Source of the DNA: Candidatus Nanopusillus acidilobi
GTDB lineage: Archaea > Nanobdellota > Nanobdellia > Nanobdellales > Nanobdellaceae
NCBI GenBank assembly: GCA_001552015.1
Contig: CP010514.1
Location: forward strand, 570,001-602,000
Length of the DNA stretch: 32,000 bases
Reading direction: 5' to 3'
Position numbers and translations under genes: made by a program. The notes under the pieces are model-generated. The model searched no databases. It was given only the letters and a program-made list of their open reading frames with translations, and was not told where the DNA came from. Positions 17,289 to 26,331 of this stretch are shown piece by piece (position 1 is the first letter of the stretch; each line of letters opens with the position of its first letter).

Positions 17289-18233
17289 TTATTTTAATCT
17301 ATCAATAAATATTTTTATAATATCTTTTGAATTCAATATTCCCAAAGTTCCTTTTATACATTTTCTTTCAGAGAAATTTTTTACAAATCCATATCTTGAA
17401 TATTTTGAATATATCATAACTGGTACAGGATCTGAAATATGTCTTCCTTTAATTGATGATGTAGAATGATCTCCAGTAATTAATATTGCATCAAAGTATT
17501 CTTTTATTCTTTTTACTAAATATTCATCAATTTCTTCAATTACCTTTTTCTTTTTAAATGGTTCTTTTAAGTGAGATAAAATATCTGGAGTCCTTATATG
17601 AATAAATATTATATCATATTTATTTCTATTTGCTATTGCATATTCTGAAAATGAAAATAAATTTTCATCAATCTTTCCAGTAGTTCCTAAAGGTTTTTCA
17701 TAATCAATTTTCAAATATTTTGCAATTGATAAATAAATAGGACTTGAAGATAAATATAATGCCTTTATTTTATATTTATTTTCAAAAAAATTCTTTTTAT
17801 TTAAATCTTTATATATTGTTTTATTTTTTATCTTATATTTCTTTAATTTTTCAATTATTTCCTTATCATAATTATCAAAAATTAATATATAATCATTATC
17901 TTTATATTTTATTATATCATATTCTTCTTTTATTTTTGGATCTTCTTTTGATTCTATTTCAATTAAAAACTGATTTTCTTTTAATTCTTTATATATTAAT
18001 GCTTTAAATATTAATTCATTATATTTAAAATCATAACCTAGTAATGATAGATTTGATTCAATACATTTTGGAACATGCCCTCTTTCTTTTGTATATAATA
18101 ATCCGCATTCAGAATATCTTACCAACTTATCAATATTTTGTTTTTTAGCATCTTCCAATGGTGTTTTATATCTTAATTCTTTAATTAAATTATCACCTAA
18201 TCCATCTAATATAATAAATACCCCCTTATCCAT
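17289..18233 (-). CDS. apgM: Metalloenzyme-superfamily phosphomutase, resembling cofactor-independent phosphoglycerate mutase (ApgM type) but short (314 aa)
   Basis: N-terminal VFIILDGLGDN, then IFIHIRTPDILSH and ITGDHSTSS...HISDPVPVMIY, match the ApgM/alkaline-phosphatase-fold metal ligands. It is ~90 aa shorter than typical ApgM. Confidence 0.6.
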   Translation of the reverse strand: MDKGVFIILDGLGDNLIKELRYKTPLEDAKKQNIDKLVRYSECGLLYTKERGHVPKCIESNLSLLGYDFKYNELIFKALIYKELKENQFLIEIESKEDPKIKEEYDIIKYKDNDYILIFDNYDKEIIEKLKKYKIKNKTIYKDLNKKNFFENKYKIKALYLSSSPIYLSIAKYLKIDYEKPLGTTGKIDENLFSFSEYAIANRNKYDIIFIHIRTPDILSHLKEPFKKKKVIEEIDEYLVKRIKEYFDAILITGDHSTSSIKGRHISDPVPVMIYSKYSRYGFVKNFSERKCIKGTLGILNSKDIIKIFIDRLK

Positions 18234-18272
18234 ATTATTTAAATTATTAAAATTTCTAAATATAATTATTAA

Positions 18273-18356
18273 GCGGCGGTGCCCGAGCGGACAAAGGGGC
18301 TGGGCTCAAGACCCAGTGGAGTAGATCCGTCAGGGGTTCAAATCCCCTCCGCCGCA
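18273..18356 (+). tRNA. tRNA-Leu (anticodon CAA), class II with a long variable arm
   Basis: GCGGCGG-TG-CCC..GGG-G-CTGGG-CT[CAA]GA-CCCAG-variable arm-AGGGG-TTCAAAT-CCCCT-CCGCCGC-A. No encoded CCA. Confidence 0.9.
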
Positions 18357-18482
18357 TAGATTGTTTTTATAATTTTAGATAATGTTATTAAAACGATATT
18401 CCCCACTTCTTTCTTCTACCATGATATTTTATCATAACCCTGAAACAAATTTATATATATAAATATAAGAAATTTAATAATC

Positions 18483-18554
18483 GGGCCCGTAGTCTAGTCG
18501 TAGGATGTCGGCCTTGCAAGCCGGAGATCCCGGGTTCAAATCCCGGCGGGTCCA
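18483..18554 (+). tRNA. tRNA-Ala (anticodon UGC)
   Basis: Acceptor GGGCCCG/CGGGTCC carries the G3.U70 Ala identity pair. The anticodon loop is CT[TGC]AA and the T arm is CCGGG-TTCAAAT-CCCGG. No encoded CCA. Confidence 0.9.
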
Positions 18555-18576
18555 CTTTTATAAAAATTATAAAAAA

Positions 18577-21384
18577 TTAAGCAATTATACATTCCGACCA
18601 TCCACAATCCATACATACAACACAACCAGCTTCATGTTTTAATCTTGTAGATCCACATACAGGACATTTTTCAACTTTATTATTTCCATTTTCTTCAACT
18701 TTTAATGTATTATCTTCAGCTCTTAATGTATTATTGATGTTTGCATTTAATTTTACTTTTGGTACTTCAACATTAGTAGTTAATTCATAATACCAATTTG
18801 GTAACTTTATTCCATATTGCTTTAATATTTCAATCGTTCTATTATTTATTTTACCTTCTTTAATTAATCTAAAGTAATCCATAAATCTTGCTTTACTCGC
18901 CTCTGCAGGAGCTACATATACTTGTACAGATTTTGATCCATCTCTATATATTGTAATTCCTTTGCATCCCATCTTATATGCCAATAAATATGAATAATAT
19001 ACATCATCTGGTTGAACCCAATTTGGCATATTTATTGTCTTTGATATTGATGTAGTTATCCATATTTGAGCAACTGCCTGTGCTCTTATATGATCCCACC
19101 ATGGTATATCTAATGCTGTTAAGAATATTGCTTTCAAATCATCTGGTATTTCTTTTATTCCCAATAAACTTCCCCCATTATCGGATATTTTCTTTAATAT
19201 ATCATTATTATATAATCCTCTTTCCCTTAATTGTCTTTCCAATTCCTGATCTACATAATAATATACGCCAGCAGTTACTCTTTTTTCATATACTAAAGAA
19301 TATTGTGGTTCAATACCTGAAGATGTATCTGCTAACATGGATATAGAACCTGTTGGAGCAATTGATGTTACTTCAACATTTCTTATTCCATATTTTATTA
19401 TTTGTTCTTTCAAATATTCCCAATCTAATGTCCATAATTCTTTATGATAATATCCTTCTACAGGTAATTCTCCATCTTTATATGTTGTTTGATCATATCT
19501 ATCAAATTTACCCCTTGTTTTTGCTCTTTCAACAGATTCTAACATTGAATAATATGTTAAATATTCTGTTATTTTCATTAATAATTTATATCCTTCTTCA
19601 GATGTATATGGAATTCCCAATGCATAGAATAAATCTGCTAATCCCATAAATCCAAGACCAACTCTTCTTACCAATTTTGAAGCTTCTTCAATTTCCTTTA
19701 TTGGATATTTATTTACGTCTATTACATTATCTAAGAATCTATATGCCCATTTTATTGTTTCAATATATTTATTCCAATTAAATTCTGCTTTTCCATCTTT
19801 AAATTCAACCAAAGCATATAGATTAATTGATCCCAAATTACATGATTCATAAGGATATAGAGGCTGTTCTCCGCAAGGGTTACTGGCCCTAATTGGTCCT
19901 CTATATTTATATTGAACATTTCTTCTATTTATATTATCCATAAATAAACATCCTGGATCTCCTTTTTCCCATGCAACATATGAAGCTTCCTGTAATATTC
20001 TTTCGGGATTTACATATCCTGTAATTGTTTCTTTTGGTATTTTATTTATATCAAAATTTAGATCCCCTGGCAAAGGCAAATTATATTTCCTTAATAATCT
20101 TGGATTAATTAATGGATATTCTTTTTTATTTTCGAAATATTCCCAAAAAGATGGCTCGAACATTATAGATATATTGAAGTTTTCTAATACACCTTCTTTT
20201 TCCTTTAAATGAATAAATTTAAATATTTCTGGATGCCAGGATTCCAAAATTCCCATGTTTGCCCCTCTTCTCTTTCCTCCTTGTTTTACTACATCTGTAA
20301 CTGTATCTATAATTTTCATAAATGAAACTGGACCTGAAGCAACACCCCCAGTAGATGCAACAACATCACCTTCAGGTCTTAGTTTTGAATAATTTATTCC
20401 AATTCCACCTCCAGATTTAAATATTAAAGCTGCTTCTGTTGCAGATTTCATTATAGATTCCATACTATCATCAATATCTAATACAAAACATGCAGATAAT
20501 TGTCCTAAAACAGCACCAGCATTAAATAATGTAGGAGAATTTGGCATAAATCTTTTACTTGCCATTAGATCATAATATTGATAGAAATCTTCGTAATATT
20601 TGTCAAATTCGCCATTTTCTAGCATTTTTATAAATTCTGACCATGAAACCTTCATATGACCTCTTTCATTTAAATAATCATACAAATATTTCATTCTTTC
20701 TAAATGATATCTATTCCATCTAAATTTAGGATCTTTTATTGGTAATCCATATTTATTTTCGTTTTTTACAAAATCAAATTCTTCTTTTGTATGTACTTTT
20801 TGTTTTCCATCTTTATCATATATTCTTTCATCATATAATAAATCTGGTATTACAATTAATGCAGCAACCCTTTCAAACATTTGCTTTGGACCTTCTATTA
20901 GTTCCTTATATTCATTTCTTAATAAATATCTATTTACCATTAATCTAATTGAATTAACAGAAAATCTTTTTGCAACTTCTTCCTCATAGAATTTTCCCAA
21001 TAAATTTTTCTTTTCTTCTCTTATTTTTTCTTTTTCCTTTCTATAGGAAATATATGCCTTAGCAACATCATATAAATCAAATTTCAATAAGGATAATTCG
21101 ACAATATCTTGAATCTCTTCAACAGTTGGATATTTTATATCATCATATTTTTCTTCTAATACTTTTATTATATAGCCAACAACTTTTTCTAATTTTTCTT
21201 TATCATAAGCTCCAACAGCTTTCATTGCCCTTTCTATAGCATATTTTATTCTTTCTGGATCAAAGTCAACAATTCTTCCATCTCTTTTAATAACTTTTTT
21301 TATTTTATAATTATTTTGTCCCAAAACAACTTCTTTTTCTTTTTTTTCATGAGAATAGCTATTTATAAACTCTTCATCACCCAT
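18577..21384 (-). CDS. nrdJ: Class II (adenosylcobalamin-dependent) ribonucleotide reductase
   Basis: 935 aa. N-terminal ATP-cone (VIKRDGRIVDFDPERIKYAIERA). Active-site region SNPCGEQPLYPYESCNLGSINL. C-terminal zinc-ribbon CPVCGS...CVVCMDCGWSEC. Confidence 0.9.
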   Translation of the reverse strand: MGDEEFINSYSHEKKEKEVVLGQNNYKIKKVIKRDGRIVDFDPERIKYAIERAMKAVGAYDKEKLEKVVGYIIKVLEEKYDDIKYPTVEEIQDIVELSLLKFDLYDVAKAYISYRKEKEKIREEKKNLLGKFYEEEVAKRFSVNSIRLMVNRYLLRNEYKELIEGPKQMFERVAALIVIPDLLYDERIYDKDGKQKVHTKEEFDFVKNENKYGLPIKDPKFRWNRYHLERMKYLYDYLNERGHMKVSWSEFIKMLENGEFDKYYEDFYQYYDLMASKRFMPNSPTLFNAGAVLGQLSACFVLDIDDSMESIMKSATEAALIFKSGGGIGINYSKLRPEGDVVASTGGVASGPVSFMKIIDTVTDVVKQGGKRRGANMGILESWHPEIFKFIHLKEKEGVLENFNISIMFEPSFWEYFENKKEYPLINPRLLRKYNLPLPGDLNFDINKIPKETITGYVNPERILQEASYVAWEKGDPGCLFMDNINRRNVQYKYRGPIRASNPCGEQPLYPYESCNLGSINLYALVEFKDGKAEFNWNKYIETIKWAYRFLDNVIDVNKYPIKEIEEASKLVRRVGLGFMGLADLFYALGIPYTSEEGYKLLMKITEYLTYYSMLESVERAKTRGKFDRYDQTTYKDGELPVEGYYHKELWTLDWEYLKEQIIKYGIRNVEVTSIAPTGSISMLADTSSGIEPQYSLVYEKRVTAGVYYYVDQELERQLRERGLYNNDILKKISDNGGSLLGIKEIPDDLKAIFLTALDIPWWDHIRAQAVAQIWITTSISKTINMPNWVQPDDVYYSYLLAYKMGCKGITIYRDGSKSVQVYVAPAEASKARFMDYFRLIKEGKINNRTIEILKQYGIKLPNWYYELTTNVEVPKVKLNANINNTLRAEDNTLKVEENGNNKVEKCPVCGSTRLKHEAGCVVCMDCGWSECIIA

Positions 21385-21547
21385 TTAAATTTTTTATAAA
21401 AAATTTTAAAATCTTTTTCTATGAGATGTTTAAAAATATTGGTTATAAATATTTATTTCATCGATAATCAATAACATATCTTTATAAATATAATATCATT
21501 GTGTCCTTTCTTTTATTTTCTCTTCTTAATAATTAATTACTTATTTT

Positions 21548-22171
21548 TCACTTTATTTTTGCCTTTTTATCATATATTTCAATTAATTTTACTTCTCTTG
21601 CAACATTTAGAACTTTTGCTTTATTTATTATATCCTCTAAACCTCCGGCTTCATGTATATGTCCATGTATATTTAAAATAACTCTATCATTATTTTCAAT
21701 GAATTTTCTTAATTCATAACTACCAGAAATACCTAAAGATGACATAGAATCTTTTGGAGGAATATGGGTGAATAAAATAATATATTTATCATTGAATTTC
21801 TCTTTTAATTCATTTAAAAAGCTTTCAAATTCTTTTTCATCAATTATATTAAACAATACATCGGATCCTCCAAATCCGACTAATACAAAATTATCCTTTA
21901 TTATATATTTTTTATCTAAATTTCTTATTTTATATATTTTTTCTAATAATTTTATATCTTCAGATGTTTCATGGTTTCCTGGTATTATTAAAATTTTGTT
22001 TGGATCTATATATTCTGTTAACTTTTTTATTAGTCCTCTTTCTATTTCTCCTAATTCTGCTATATCTCCCAAAATTACTATATAATCTGGTCTTTCCTTT
22101 TTATATAATTCTATTATTTTATATACCATTTCGAAATCATTATGTATATCAGATGAAACTATTAGCTTCAT
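21548..22171 (-). CDS. Calcineurin-like metallophosphoesterase
   Basis: Motifs SSDIHND, ILGDIAE, PGNHE, FTHIPP and HGHIHE appear in the canonical order. Confidence 0.8.
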   Translation of the reverse strand: MKLIVSSDIHNDFEMVYKIIELYKKERPDYIVILGDIAELGEIERGLIKKLTEYIDPNKILIIPGNHETSEDIKLLEKIYKIRNLDKKYIIKDNFVLVGFGGSDVLFNIIDEKEFESFLNELKEKFNDKYIILFTHIPPKDSMSSLGISGSYELRKFIENNDRVILNIHGHIHEAGGLEDIINKAKVLNVAREVKLIEIYDKKAKIK

Positions 22172-22178
22172 AATATAT

Positions 22179-23138
22179 TTATATATACCATTCTTTTTTA
22201 TTTTTTATATAGGATATCAAAAATTCTTTTAATTTATTATAATCATAAAAAATATTCATATTATTATAATTATAATTTTTAATAAATTCATTAAGTATTT
22301 TTTCTTCTCTTTCTGTAAAAAGATCTTTTTTAGAGAAATATAATATTATTTCTTTATTAAATATCTTTTTTATCATATTTAATAGATTTACCTGTTCTTC
22401 AATACTATATCCACATGTTTCAGTCAAATCAAAAATATATATAATCAAATTTGCAAGATAATTTAATGCCAATATTGATTTTTTCTCTATTTCATTCATT
22501 TCTTCTATTGGTCTATCTAAAATTCCTGGTGTATCAATTACCTGTATATCAAAATATGGTGTTTTAATATATCCTATCATTAAATCTTTTGTTGTAAATG
22601 GATATGGCTCAATTTTAACATTTGATCCTGTCAAATTTTTTAATAATGTACTTTTTCCAACATTTGGTAAACCTGAAATAACAACTGTAGGCAAATTTTT
22701 AATATTCGGAATTTTTCTTCTTCTATTTAAATAAATATTATAATATTTAAATATTATCCAATTTCTTCTTAATATACTAGATATTCTTCCATAAAATTCC
22801 CTTCTATATTTTTCTATTAATTTTTTATCTTTTGTTAACTTTATATCATCTTTATACTTTAAATAAACTTGTTTTATTATTTTTCTTATATATTTTATCC
22901 TTTCTCTTAATTTCTTTATATTTATATCTGCAAATAACAATTTATATAATTCTTTATAGAATTTGTTTTCAGGTAAAAATATATCATTATATATTTTTTC
23001 TAATTTATCATCAATATATTGATATATTGTTTGTAATTTTACAATATTTCTTTCTTTTATATCATAAAATTGATTACCATTATTCTTTGCTCTTTTAAAT
23101 GCAGATGATAATAATTCTTCTACAAATTTATATTTCAT
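22179..23138 (-). CDS. NOG1/Obg-class GTP-binding protein (archaeal Nog1-like)
   Basis: Helical N-terminal domain followed by G1 GLPNVGKST, G2 PFTTKD and G3 DTPGILDRP. Confidence 0.8.
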   Translation of the reverse strand: MKYKFVEELLSSAFKRAKNNGNQFYDIKERNIVKLQTIYQYIDDKLEKIYNDIFLPENKFYKELYKLLFADINIKKLRERIKYIRKIIKQVYLKYKDDIKLTKDKKLIEKYRREFYGRISSILRRNWIIFKYYNIYLNRRRKIPNIKNLPTVVISGLPNVGKSTLLKNLTGSNVKIEPYPFTTKDLMIGYIKTPYFDIQVIDTPGILDRPIEEMNEIEKKSILALNYLANLIIYIFDLTETCGYSIEEQVNLLNMIKKIFNKEIILYFSKKDLFTEREEKILNEFIKNYNYNNMNIFYDYNKLKEFLISYIKNKKEWYI

Positions 23139-23167
23139 AAAAATTTATATTATAAAAAATTAAAAAA

Positions 23168-23611
23168 CTATTCTAAATTAATTTTCTTTCCTTCATGGCC
23201 TGGTTTTTTCCCTATTTCAATCCTTAATACTCCATTTTCATATTTTGCCTTTATAGAATTCTCATCTGCATCTTCTGGTAATGGAATTATCCTTCTATAT
23301 CCTGAAAATACTCTTTCCGACATTATATAGTTCTCATCTTTTTCTTCCTTTTCAATTTTTCTTGATGCTACAATTTTTAGATGATGATCTACTAAGGTAA
23401 CATCTATATCCTTCTTATCAACTCCAGGTAAATCAATTTCTACTAAATATTTATCTCCTTTATCTACTACATCTACTGCAGGTACTTCATATTCAAAGTT
23501 AAATCTTAATCCCTTTCTTGCTCTATTGAATATTTTTCTCCATAATCTCATCTGTCTAGCAAATTCTCTCCTAATTTCGTCATATATGTCATTAAAGTCA
23601 TCTGTGTCCAT
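23168..23611 (-). CDS. hsp20: Small heat-shock protein, Hsp20/alpha-crystallin family
   Basis: PAVDVVDKGDKYLVEIDLPGVDKKDIDVTLVDHHLKIVA...AKYENGVLRIEI is the canonical alpha-crystallin domain. Confidence 0.9.
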   Translation of the reverse strand: MDTDDFNDIYDEIRREFARQMRLWRKIFNRARKGLRFNFEYEVPAVDVVDKGDKYLVEIDLPGVDKKDIDVTLVDHHLKIVASRKIEKEEKDENYIMSERVFSGYRRIIPLPEDADENSIKAKYENGVLRIEIGKKPGHEGKKINLE

Positions 23612-23615
23612 AATA

Positions 23616-24497
23616 TTATTTTTTCTTTAATGGTTTATAAGATAATAAAGACGCATAATCAACAACATTCTTTTCATCATTATTTATTTCAGATGATAAA
23701 ATATGATTTATTAGATCTATCTTTCCTTTATATAATTTTGTATATTCTATAAAGAATAAAAATGGATATTTTCCGCAAAATATTTTACTATCTACTTCCA
23801 ATTTATATAATTTTTCAGAATCTAAATTTAATGTATATTTTATTATTTTTTCAGATTCTTTTTTTACATTTTTAGATATATTCTCTTTATATATAATATT
23901 TCCATAAAATTCTCCATGATGATATAAATTTCCAGTGGATATTAATATTATTTTTCTATCTAATTCTTTTGATAATTCTTTTAATAATTTAACAAAATCT
24001 TTTATCATTTCTAATTCAATATCTTTTACAATTATTGGAACAATCTTTACTTTATCTTTAAATAAATATCTTAATATGGGTAATTGAACTTCAATTGAAT
24101 ATTCATATCTAGATAATATTGGATTTTCATATGAATCATAATTATTTAATATTTTTCTAGCAAATTCTACATCTGTTCTAATTATACCAAAAGGAGTATA
24201 CCAATCGTCAATTATCAAATTTATTTTTTGACCAATATTATAATGATTTGGACCAATAATTATTATTGTATCAAAATCAAAATTCTCATATAATTCTTTA
24301 TATAATTTTATAGAAACTGGTAAAAAGTATTCATAACTTGCATGTGGAACAATACCAGAAATTATATTTTTTTCCTTTTTTATATTTTTTGGAATATACC
24401 CAGGTCCATATCTTTTATCCATAAAGTATTGTTCGATTTGAGAAAGTAAATCAGAAGAATCAAATGAATAAAATCCCTTTGCTTTCATAAATTGCAT
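23616..24497 (-). CDS. MEMO1-like protein (AmmeMemoRadiSam system protein B family)
   Basis: GIVPHASYEY and IIIIGPNH match the family's G.i.PHAGy / iilGPnH motifs. The length (~290 aa) is appropriate. Confidence 0.7.
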   Translation of the reverse strand: MQFMKAKGFYSFDSSDLLSQIEQYFMDKRYGPGYIPKNIKKEKNIISGIVPHASYEYFLPVSIKLYKELYENFDFDTIIIIGPNHYNIGQKINLIIDDWYTPFGIIRTDVEFARKILNNYDSYENPILSRYEYSIEVQLPILRYLFKDKVKIVPIIVKDIELEMIKDFVKLLKELSKELDRKIILISTGNLYHHGEFYGNIIYKENISKNVKKESEKIIKYTLNLDSEKLYKLEVDSKIFCGKYPFLFFIEYTKLYKGKIDLINHILSSEINNDEKNVVDYASLLSYKPLKKK

Positions 24498-24548
24498 AAT
24501 TTTATTTTGAAATTATAATTTATTAATTTTTTTAGCATTTTTATTGTT

Positions 24549-25364
24549 ATGATTGCTGGATTAGAGATACATCAACAAATTGATACAAAAGAAAAACTAT
24601 TTTGTAATTGTCCTACGAACTTAAGTGATAAATATGATTATAGAATTGAAAGAAAATTGAGAGCAACATTGAGTGAAATTGGGAAAAAGGATATTGCTGC
24701 AGAATATGAGACTATGAAGGATAAAAAATATATATATGAATATTCTAAAGATTATTCTTGTTTAGTTGAACTTGATGAAGAACCTCCACATTTAATTAAT
24801 ATTGAAGCACTAAAATTTGGAATATTAATTTCAACTTTTTTTAATATGTATATTCCAAAGGTTTTACAGGTTATGAGAAAAATTGTTGTAGATGGATCAA
24901 ATACATCTGGTTTTCAAAGAACATTATTATTATCATTAAATGGAGAATTAAAATATAAAGATAAAAAAATAAGTATTGGAACAATTTGTATTGAAGAAGA
25001 TGCTGCAAGAAAAAATGAAGAAGGAGAAGATTACATAATTTATAGATTGGATAGATTGGGAATACCATTAATAGAAATATCTACAGGTCCTGATTTAAAA
25101 GATCCAAAAGAAGTAAAGGAAGTAGCTGAATATATTGGATTAATATTAAGATTAACTGAAAAAGTAAAAAGAGGATTGGGAACTATTAGACAGGATGTAA
25201 ATATATCAATAGAAGGAGGAGAAAAAATTGAAATAAAGGGCGTACAGAATTTAAAAATAATAGATAAAGTTTGCGAACTTGAAGTAAAAAGACAAGAAAG
25301 AATGATAGAATGGAAAAAAATTATGAATGAAAGAGGTATTGAAGGATACGAATTAATAGAATAG
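24549..25364 (+). CDS. gatE: Glu-tRNA(Gln) amidotransferase subunit E, N-terminal fragment (271 aa versus ~620 aa normally); split gene or truncation
   Basis: GLEIHQQIDTKEKLFCNCPT, CLVELDEEPPH, MRKIVVDGSNTSGFQRT, YRLDRLGIPLIEIST and KRGLGTIRQDVNISIEGGEKIEIKGVQNL are GatE-specific. The ORF stops after the cradle domain, and an unrelated gene follows. Confidence 0.8.
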   Translation: MIAGLEIHQQIDTKEKLFCNCPTNLSDKYDYRIERKLRATLSEIGKKDIAAEYETMKDKKYIYEYSKDYSCLVELDEEPPHLINIEALKFGILISTFFNMYIPKVLQVMRKIVVDGSNTSGFQRTLLLSLNGELKYKDKKISIGTICIEEDAARKNEEGEDYIIYRLDRLGIPLIEISTGPDLKDPKEVKEVAEYIGLILRLTEKVKRGLGTIRQDVNISIEGGEKIEIKGVQNLKIIDKVCELEVKRQERMIEWKKIMNERGIEGYELIE

Positions 25365-25395
25365 ATTTATATTTTTTAATAGATCATAATTCTTA

Positions 25396-25877
25396 ATGAA
25401 AACTCAATTTGGAACAATTCTTGTAGAAATTATATTATTTATAGTTGCTGGTATTGCTGCTTATATATTTGTTTCTACTGCATATAATAATTTAAATGGA
25501 ATAAGCAATGCTGCAGTTGCAAATTCTAAATCATTACAAAATCAATTAAATACATATATTACATTAGATTCATGTGCATATAATAGTACTACAAATTTAT
25601 TATATTTCTATGTAACAAATAGAGGAAGTGTTTGTATTAAATCAAAATCTAACATTATTATTTATTAATGGAGAACTAATAAATAATACTCAAAATATAT
25701 ATTGCAAATAGTTATACTGGTACTTCTGCTTGGGGTCCATATGATACAATTGCAATTGTTACAAATATTTCTATAGTAACAAACTTTTATCAAGTAAGAA
25801 TTGTAGCATCTACTGGGGCATATACAGAGAATACAATATATATTAATACAACTGCAAGTACATGTACAATAGAATGA
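25396..25877 (+). pseudogene. FlaF/FlaG-like (archaellum/pilus accessory, archaellin-fold) gene interrupted by two +1 frameshifts
   Basis: Frame 1 (25396-25668) gives MKTQFGTILVEIILFIVAGIAAYIF...YFYVTNRGSV. The reading continues in frame 2 (..INGELINNTQNIY, stop at 25709) and then frame 0 (IANSYTGTSAWGPYDTIAIVTN...STCTIE, stop 25875-25877). The last piece has no start codon of its own, yet its TGA overlaps the next ATG (ATGA). Confidence 0.55.
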
Positions 25878-26321
25878 GATCTGATTTAGGATCAATTATT
25901 GGAGCAATTATTGGATTCGTTATTTTTATTGTTTCTTCATCAGTTTTATATTTAATTTTAAATAATTATTATAAAAAACTTTTATTATACGGCAAATTCA
26001 ATAGATAATCAAATAAAAAATATTGTTGGAGAAAGTATAAAATTTTTAAATAATCAAACAAACTATTCAAATCCTTATTTAATTATATATAATAATGGAA
26101 ATAAGGCATTGGATTTATCATGTTTTCAATTATATGTTAATGGATATTTCTCTCCATTTAATTATTCTATAAATTATTTATATTCATCAAATTTATTATT
26201 GCCTGGAGAAAATGCAACAATATATTTTAATAATAATTATTTAGTAAATAATTCATGGAATTATATAATATTGGTATCTTGTTATGGGGTTAAGTTTCAA
26301 ACTTTAATATATGCTAATTAA
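25874..26321 (+). pseudogene. Second FlaF/FlaG-like gene, interrupted by one +1 frameshift at or near an A6 run (25973-25978)
   Basis: ATG at 25874 gives MRSDLGSIIGAIIGFVIFIVSSSVLYLILNNYYKK..., with a stop at 26006. Frame 0 is open from 25962 and reads ..FYYTANSIDNQIKNIVGESIKFLNN...LIIYNNGNKALDLSCFQLYVNGYF...LIYAN (stop 26321). That is the v.N.G...vnG pattern of FlaF/FlaG beta-sandwich domains. Confidence 0.55.
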
Positions 26322-26331
26322 TTAATATAAT

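Noticed and set aside
19080-20948. Three plus-strand ORFs (19080-19346, 19353-19649, 20739-20948) opposite nrdJ
   Set aside because: They are antisense shadows of a strongly supported 935-aa gene, with hydrophobic low-complexity translations.
18577-21384. Possible intein in the ribonucleotide reductase, as is common in thermophile RNRs
   Set aside because: The 935-aa length fits an intein-free class II enzyme with an ATP-cone and a zinc ribbon. The conserved blocks are contiguous, and no Cys/Ser...HN-Cys splice junctions or LAGLIDADG blocks were seen.
21499-22173. Plus-strand ORFs 21499-21681, 21768-22085 and 21964-22173 (also 22832-23098)
   Set aside because: They lie antisense to the metallophosphoesterase and GTPase genes. 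They have no motifs and mutually overlap.
25665-25895. Minus-strand 76-aa Cys-rich ORF
   Set aside because: It lies opposite the frameshifted FlaF/FlaG-like gene. The plus-strand reading carries family-like sequence and operon-type overlaps. The Cys richness comes from antisense ACA/GCA codons.
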